From positions 175,442-239,441 of the IMG/VR virus record IMGVR_UViG_3300037010_001702: a stretch of 64,000 nucleotides of DNA; one strand, 5' to 3'. Position numbers and translations under genes: made by a program. The notes below the pieces were generated by a model that saw only the letters and a list, made by a program, of their open reading frames with translations, did not search any database and was not told where the DNA came from. Positions 58,590 to 64,000 of the stretch are shown here, piece by piece. Every line of letters begins with the position of its first letter. The first letter of the stretch is position 1.

Positions 58590-60638
58590 ATGATACCTGG
58601 TGGAATAGTCGCAACGCTTCTTCGTGCTGTAAGCAATACTACCGCCGTGGCGGACGCCGTATTTGCATATGTAAGCCTGTTACTTAATGGTGAAACCTCA
58701 TCTGGCACAAACAACAACACCTTTACCGATAGTAGCACTAATGCTATCGCTCTTACTCGTGGCGGCACCCCTACTCAAGGCATCTTTACTCCATTCAGCC
58801 AGACTGGCTGGAGTGGCAAGTTCAATGGATCTTCTGACTACGTTCAAGTTGCTGGCGACACCATCATGAATTTTGGTTCTAGTAATTGGACGTGCGAAGC
58901 TTGGGTTAATCTTAGCGCTATGCCAACATCGGATGCATGGCCTGGCTCTTACTCTCAGCTTATGGTTGTTGTTGGAACCGGTACGTTAAATTTAGGTGAT
59001 GGATGTGACATGCTCATTGGCGCTACTAAGCTAATGATTCAATCAAATGATACGGCATATGTTTCTAATGCAGTTCACAATATGGTGACAGGTGTTTGGT
59101 ACCACCTAGCATACGTTCGTAACGGTAATACTATCTACTTTTACATTAATGGTGTGTTGAATGGAACTGTTGCTTTCAGTGGGTCAGTTGGAACTGGAGC
59201 CAATACTTGGATCGGTTGTGAAACATCCCAGGGTGCTTTCTTCAACGGCTATATCTCTAACGTGCGCGTTGTAAATGGAACGGCTGTTTACACTGGTAAC
59301 TTTACACCATCTACCTCGCCACTCACAAATATAACGAACACAAAACTGCTTACGCTTCAAAATAGCAGATTTTTAGATAACTCTAGCAGCCCAGTATCCT
59401 TTACGTTTGGTGGTGCACCATCTATTCAAGCTGTATCACCATGGGAACCTACCACGGCATGGTCATCCTCAATCAATGGTACTTCAATGTACTTCAACGG
59501 CACGACTGACTATTTGTCAAGTGCATCTGGAAATGCGAACCTTAAATTTGCTGGCAACTTTACGCTTGAGTTCTGGGCATATCCAACTGTTGCGAATGCA
59601 TACAATGAAGTTTTTGATACACGTATTGGTGGCTCATCAACAACAGGCTTAATCTTCTACATCAATAGTTCAAAACAACCTGCCCTTTACACAGGTGGTG
59701 CAGCCCTGCTTACTTCAAGTGTTGCAGTTGCTCTAAACTCTTGGAACCACATTGCATATGTTCGTAATGGAACAACAATAACCATTTACGTAAATGGTGT
59801 TTCAGGTGGAACGGTAACTAACTCTACCAACTTCAGCGATGGTAACGTATCTATTGGTAAAACAAATGAATCTGCTGCTAACTTCTATGCTGGATATATT
59901 TCGGATCTTCGCGTTAATAACAGCACAGCTATCTACACAACCACATTTACGCCGCCCACAGCTCCATTGACAGCATCTGCTGGAACATCTCTTTTAGTTA
60001 CTGGTAATGGTGCTGCTGTTATTGACTATGCCGCCAAGAATGATGTCATCACTCTTGGCGCTGTTACAACCCAAACATCTACAGTAAAATTTGGAACTAA
60101 TGCTCTTCGCTTCCCTGGAACTGCAGCTGATTATATCTCAATGCCTATCAGCAATGGTCTAGCTCTTGGAACGGGGGACTTTACAGTTGAATGCTGGTTT
60201 AACCAGACCGCTAAGACAGCTACTCAACCAGCAATTTTCTCTAACTACAACTCATACACCACCGGTGGTCTTTCATTATTTGCTGGTCATTCATCGGGTT
60301 CTACAACACAGTTTCAGGTCGGTTCGCAAGGTACTACATTCCCAGTTATTCAAAGCACCACAGCAATTACCCCAGGCACCTGGCAACACCTTTGCGTGAT
60401 GCGCACTGGTACTACTCTTCGCCTATTCGTAAATGGTGTACCAAATGGTACAGCCACAATTACTGCAACAACGGCTTACAATGGAGTAGGTACTAACTTT
60501 TTAGTTGGTAACTCAGGAGACAATCTAGCTAATGGTTTCTTAAATGGTTATATTGACGACTTCCGCGTAACTAAAGGCGTAGCTCGTTACGCTACTGGCG
60601 GATTTACTCCACCATCAGCTGGTTTTTACACTCACTAA
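58590..60638 (+). CDS. Triple LamG/concanavalin-like domain virion protein
   Basis: Three repeats of xFTxExW...WxHxAxVR...GYIxxxR; late promoter AATAAATA near 58556. Confidence 0.8.
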   Translation: MIPGGIVATLLRAVSNTTAVADAVFAYVSLLLNGETSSGTNNNTFTDSSTNAIALTRGGTPTQGIFTPFSQTGWSGKFNGSSDYVQVAGDTIMNFGSSNWTCEAWVNLSAMPTSDAWPGSYSQLMVVVGTGTLNLGDGCDMLIGATKLMIQSNDTAYVSNAVHNMVTGVWYHLAYVRNGNTIYFYINGVLNGTVAFSGSVGTGANTWIGCETSQGAFFNGYISNVRVVNGTAVYTGNFTPSTSPLTNITNTKLLTLQNSRFLDNSSSPVSFTFGGAPSIQAVSPWEPTTAWSSSINGTSMYFNGTTDYLSSASGNANLKFAGNFTLEFWAYPTVANAYNEVFDTRIGGSSTTGLIFYINSSKQPALYTGGAALLTSSVAVALNSWNHIAYVRNGTTITIYVNGVSGGTVTNSTNFSDGNVSIGKTNESAANFYAGYISDLRVNNSTAIYTTTFTPPTAPLTASAGTSLLVTGNGAAVIDYAAKNDVITLGAVTTQTSTVKFGTNALRFPGTAADYISMPISNGLALGTGDFTVECWFNQTAKTATQPAIFSNYNSYTTGGLSLFAGHSSGSTTQFQVGSQGTTFPVIQSTTAITPGTWQHLCVMRTGTTLRLFVNGVPNGTATITATTAYNGVGTNFLVGNSGDNLANGFLNGYIDDFRVTKGVARYATGGFTPPSAGFYTH

Positions 60639-60642
60639 CTTA

Positions 60643-60670
60643 GAAAAGGGAGCCTAGGCTCCCTTTTCTA
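60643..60670 (+). terminator. Rho-independent terminator
   Basis: AGAAAAGGGAGCCTAGGCTCCCTTTTCT. Confidence 0.7.
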
Positions 60671-60742
60671 ATTTCCGCACCATAACTGGACGTATCAATA
60701 AATACCTGTAGAGATAACATCCAGTCTGGAGATTTAAGAACT

Positions 60743-63469
60743 ATGAAATTTGATTCGATTGATATTGTTGAAGGCGGGGCAATTCACAACCTGACCGTAG
60801 CATCTGGACCAGACCTGCCATCTATCACCCCAAATGCTGGCGAACTATTCTTCCATACTGGTGATCAACTTCTATACGTTTACAATGGGATATCCTGGAA
60901 TGCAATTGCATCCGCTTCAGACCTAAACGTTACTCTTTCTGGTGATGTATCCGGTTCAGGAACTGGATACATCACAGCCACCCTTGCGTCAGTTAACACT
61001 AGCGTTGGCACGTTTGGCTCAACTGGAAATGTTCCAGTAATTACAGTTGATGCTAAGGGTAGAATTACAAATGTCACAACAGCTTCTATCACAGCAGGTC
61101 AGGTTAGCTCGGTGGCGGGCAGGACGGGCGCTGTAACTCTTTCTCAATCTGACATTGCTGGTCTTAAGACTACCGATAGTCCAACATTTACAGGACTTAC
61201 AGTAACAGACACGATCACTGGAAATGCAGCTACTACTTCAAAGCTTCTTTCCGGGGCGGCGATCAATGGTGTGACGTTCGATGGCAGCGCTCCTATCACC
61301 ATTACTACAAATGCAAACACCCTTACTGGAACATCTCTTGCTTCTAATGTAGTCTCATCCAGCTTAACTTCAGTTGGCACCCTCGGTACTCTTACAGTAT
61401 CTGGAACGGTAACTGCTGGAACACTAGTAGGTGCTCTTTCGTCTGGTCAAATTACTACTGCGCTGGGCTACACTCCATATAGCGCGTCAAACCCGAGTAA
61501 CTTCATTGATGCTTCAGGAGCTCCTGTTCAATCAGTTGCTGGTAAGACTGGCGCAGTCATTTTAAATCAATCAGATATTGGCGGTCTTTCAACCACAAGC
61601 AACGTAACATTTGGGACCGTAGCCGCATCTACATTTACCGGTGCTTTAATTGGTAATGCAACCACTGCCACTACCCTTGCAATAGGCAGAACAATTGCCG
61701 CCAGCGGTGATGCTTCGGGTACTTCAGCTGTATTCAATGGTTCTGTTGGTGTAACTATTCCACTTACACTTGCGATAGTTAATGCGTCACCTGTAAGTAA
61801 CTCATTTCAAAAGATAACAGTGAATGTTAAGGGCCTTGTTACGTCAACCTCAGCGGTAGCTGGAAGCGACATCACTACCGCCCTCGGCTACACCCCAGCT
61901 AATAAAGCTGGTGACACATTTACTGGTGCAGTGGTTCTTGCAGCAGATCCAGCTCAAGCTCTTGAAGCAGCTACTAAGCAGTATGTTGATAATCTTGCAG
62001 CTGGTTTAACAGCTAAATCATCTGTAGTAACTTCTACTACTGCTGCTCTTCCTTTGGTAACATACACTAATGGAACTTCTGGAGTAGGTGCTACTCTTAC
62101 AGCTGCTGCTAATGGTACCCTTGGCGCCATTGGTGGATACACTCCTGCCAATGGCGACCGCATTCTTATAAAGGATCAAGCTGCTTCTCTTCAAAATGGT
62201 ATCTACGTTGTCACAGACGCTGGCTCGGCTGGAACACCGTTCATTCTTACGAGAGCTCCTGAGTTTGATAACACCCCAACTGGTGAAATGGCAGCTGGTG
62301 ACTTCACCTACGTTCAATTTGGCACACTAGGTGGTACTCAGTGGGTGCTTACTACTCCTGGAACAATTGCTGTTGGAACAGACAGCATTACATGGTCACA
62401 GCTCACTGGTGCGAGTGTTGTAACTGCTGGTACTGGCATTGCCGTAACAGGAAATCAAGTATCTAATGCCGGTGTCTTAAGCATCACTACCAGCTCTGGT
62501 CTTAGTGCTAATGCATCAGCTACTGGAAATGTTTCGATCACTAATACTGGTGTTACAAGCTTAACTGGAACTCCTAACCAAGTTGCTGTATCAGGATCAA
62601 CGGGTGCTGTTACGCTAACGCTTCCACAGAACATTAACTCTGGCGCCGCCCCTGTATTTGCTGGTACAAACTTCTCAGCTATTCCAAATGGTGCTTTGTC
62701 TAATAGTTCTATTACTGTAAATGGAACAGCTATTAGCTTGGGTGGTACCGCTACTGTTACAGCGGATGCAGGTACTTTAACCGGTTCTTCTCTTCCAGCT
62801 ACAGTAACTGGTTCTAGCTTAACATCTGTTGGCACTTTAGGTTCATTGGCAGTAACTGGTGGCGTCACTGCTGGTAGCTTCTCTGGTCCTCTTATTGGTA
62901 ATGCTACAACTGCAACTAATGCTTCTGCAGTAAATGGCGCAAATGGACAGATGAATGGTGATGGATGGTGGAGAAGTACTGGTAGCTCTGGATGGTATAG
63001 CACAACATATGCTGTGGGTATCTATGCAACTGAAGCAGGCAACGTTCGCACTTACGGCGGTGCTAACTTTATTTCTGCAGCCGGTCTTCAAGGTACTTCA
63101 CTAGGCGTCGGCACTGCTGCATCAGGAACAACTGGTGAAATTCGTGCTACGAATAACATCACCGCTTACTACTCTGATGACCGTTTGAAGACACGCACAG
63201 GACTTATTGAGAATGCTCTTGATAAGGTTGCTACACTTGACGCATTCTACTACCATGCCAATGAAACAGCTCAAGCTCTTGGCTATGATGTTCACCCAGA
63301 AGTTGGTATCTCTGCACAGCAAGTTCAAGCAATTATGCCAGAAGTAGTTGCTCCAGCTCCAATTGATGATAAGTATCTTACTGTTCGCTATGAACGTTTA
63401 GTACCTCTTTTGATTGCGGCAATTAAAGAACTTCAAGCTGAAGTAGAACTTCTTAAAGCCACTAAGTAA
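60743..63469 (+). CDS. Tail fibre protein with C-terminal intramolecular chaperone (peptidase S74-like)
   Basis: N-terminus paralogous to 54905; YYSDDRLK...GISAQQVQAIMPEVV...VRYERLVPLLIAAIKEL. Confidence 0.85.
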   Translation: MKFDSIDIVEGGAIHNLTVASGPDLPSITPNAGELFFHTGDQLLYVYNGISWNAIASASDLNVTLSGDVSGSGTGYITATLASVNTSVGTFGSTGNVPVITVDAKGRITNVTTASITAGQVSSVAGRTGAVTLSQSDIAGLKTTDSPTFTGLTVTDTITGNAATTSKLLSGAAINGVTFDGSAPITITTNANTLTGTSLASNVVSSSLTSVGTLGTLTVSGTVTAGTLVGALSSGQITTALGYTPYSASNPSNFIDASGAPVQSVAGKTGAVILNQSDIGGLSTTSNVTFGTVAASTFTGALIGNATTATTLAIGRTIAASGDASGTSAVFNGSVGVTIPLTLAIVNASPVSNSFQKITVNVKGLVTSTSAVAGSDITTALGYTPANKAGDTFTGAVVLAADPAQALEAATKQYVDNLAAGLTAKSSVVTSTTAALPLVTYTNGTSGVGATLTAAANGTLGAIGGYTPANGDRILIKDQAASLQNGIYVVTDAGSAGTPFILTRAPEFDNTPTGEMAAGDFTYVQFGTLGGTQWVLTTPGTIAVGTDSITWSQLTGASVVTAGTGIAVTGNQVSNAGVLSITTSSGLSANASATGNVSITNTGVTSLTGTPNQVAVSGSTGAVTLTLPQNINSGAAPVFAGTNFSAIPNGALSNSSITVNGTAISLGGTATVTADAGTLTGSSLPATVTGSSLTSVGTLGSLAVTGGVTAGSFSGPLIGNATTATNASAVNGANGQMNGDGWWRSTGSSGWYSTTYAVGIYATEAGNVRTYGGANFISAAGLQGTSLGVGTAASGTTGEIRATNNITAYYSDDRLKTRTGLIENALDKVATLDAFYYHANETAQALGYDVHPEVGISAQQVQAIMPEVVAPAPIDDKYLTVRYERLVPLLIAAIKELQAEVELLKATK

Positions 63470-63519
63470 AATAAAATAGGAGAGATTAAATCTCTCCTAT
63501 TTCCCCTTAGGAAAATTAA

Positions 63520-64000
63520 ATGACATTACCTGCAACTAATAGCACTATAAGCCTCAGCCAAGTTAATACTGAACTAACTCTATCAGCTACAGCCAACATT
63601 AGCTTGAATGATACTGGGGTTAGAACATTGTTTGGGGTGGCATCTGGCCGAATTTCTATGTCCGATGGTTGGGGGAAGAGCAACTCTGGTCCTCCAGTAA
63701 CGATAACTATTTCGGCTAATATTCAGAACTTTAATATGTTCAACAATAGATTAGCAAGTCAACATGGCACGGCAGTTACAGTTAGCGGTGCATATGCTGC
63801 TGGTTCTACAATCACTGTAGTTATAAATTCTGGCGTTGTCGTTGGCTCATCTTCAAATGCGGCATATGCATTTGATACAGGCACTGGATGGAATGCAGCT
63901 GACACCTTAAAAGTTACCAACAACGGTTACATCGTTGGTACTGGTGGTAATGGAAATGGCGGTGCTGGTGGGCCAGCCTTTAGAGCCCAACGAGCTGTTT
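63520..64000 (+). CDS. Tail fibre adhesin-like protein, 3'-truncated (not in ORF track)
   Basis: MTLPATNSTISLSQVNTEL...GRISMSDGWGKS then Gly-rich GTGGNGNGGAGG; frame open to the window end. Confidence 0.65.
   Translation, partial: MTLPATNSTISLSQVNTELTLSATANISLNDTGVRTLFGVASGRISMSDGWGKSNSGPPVTITISANIQNFNMFNNRLASQHGTAVTVSGAYAAGSTITVVINSGVVVGSSSNAAYAFDTGTGWNAADTLKVTNNGYIVGTGGNGNGGAGGPAFRAQRAV

Noticed and set aside
8148-63328. Numerous minus-strand and alternate-frame ORFs in the track (e.g. 8148-8636, 18385-18930, 46958-47425, 62455-63003)
   Set aside because: They are shadows of well-supported + strand genes, with no RBS, motif or promoter support.
1-64000. CRISPR array, canonical tRNA genes, reverse transcriptase/DGR
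   Set aside because: No regularly spaced repeats with unique spacers, no complete cloverleaf other than the tmRNA tRNA-like domain, and no YxDD RT ORF seen by eye. A tRNAscan/CRISPR tool run would be needed to exclude them fully.

Overview
The whole window is phage DNA from a large T4-related (jumbo-type) myovirus with a Gram-negative host, almost entirely on the + strand. Replication/recombination core: gp32 SSB, UvsX, UvsY, UvsW, gp44/gp62 clamp loader, ATP-dependent ligase and two separated mini DnaE-like genes. Nucleotide metabolism: nrdA, nrdB, glutaredoxin, dCMP deaminase, MazG-like. RNA repair/translation kit: HD protein + P-loop kinase, Thg1, CCA-adding enzyme, tmRNA. Also lysis genes and tail-fibre/adhesin clusters at both ends. 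T4-type early promoters (GT[G/T]TAC-N17/18-TATAAT) and late promoters (nATAAATA) recur throughout. Highlights: (1) a circularly permuted two-piece tmRNA gene (tag ANDKFVMAA) with a 108-nt intervening segment; (2) two fractured genes, uvsW and nrdA, each split by a naturally split intein with a different free-standing endonuclease gene between the halves; (3) a stand-alone 69-aa protein resembling the T4 gp23 Gol peptide, sitting between the clamp-loader genes; (4) three dispersed GNAT-like paralogues with a shared MKL[DQ]EI leader, possibly virion-packaged effectors; (5) a recurring design in which the late promoter lies inside a hairpin that masks the downstream RBS/start; (6) an AT-rich island with a YafO-like toxin, two PD-(D/E)XK-like nucleases and two DNA methyltransferases, next to an Acb1-like 2H phosphodiesterase. 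No database searches were run; family calls rest on motifs read by eye and on recalled reference sequences.
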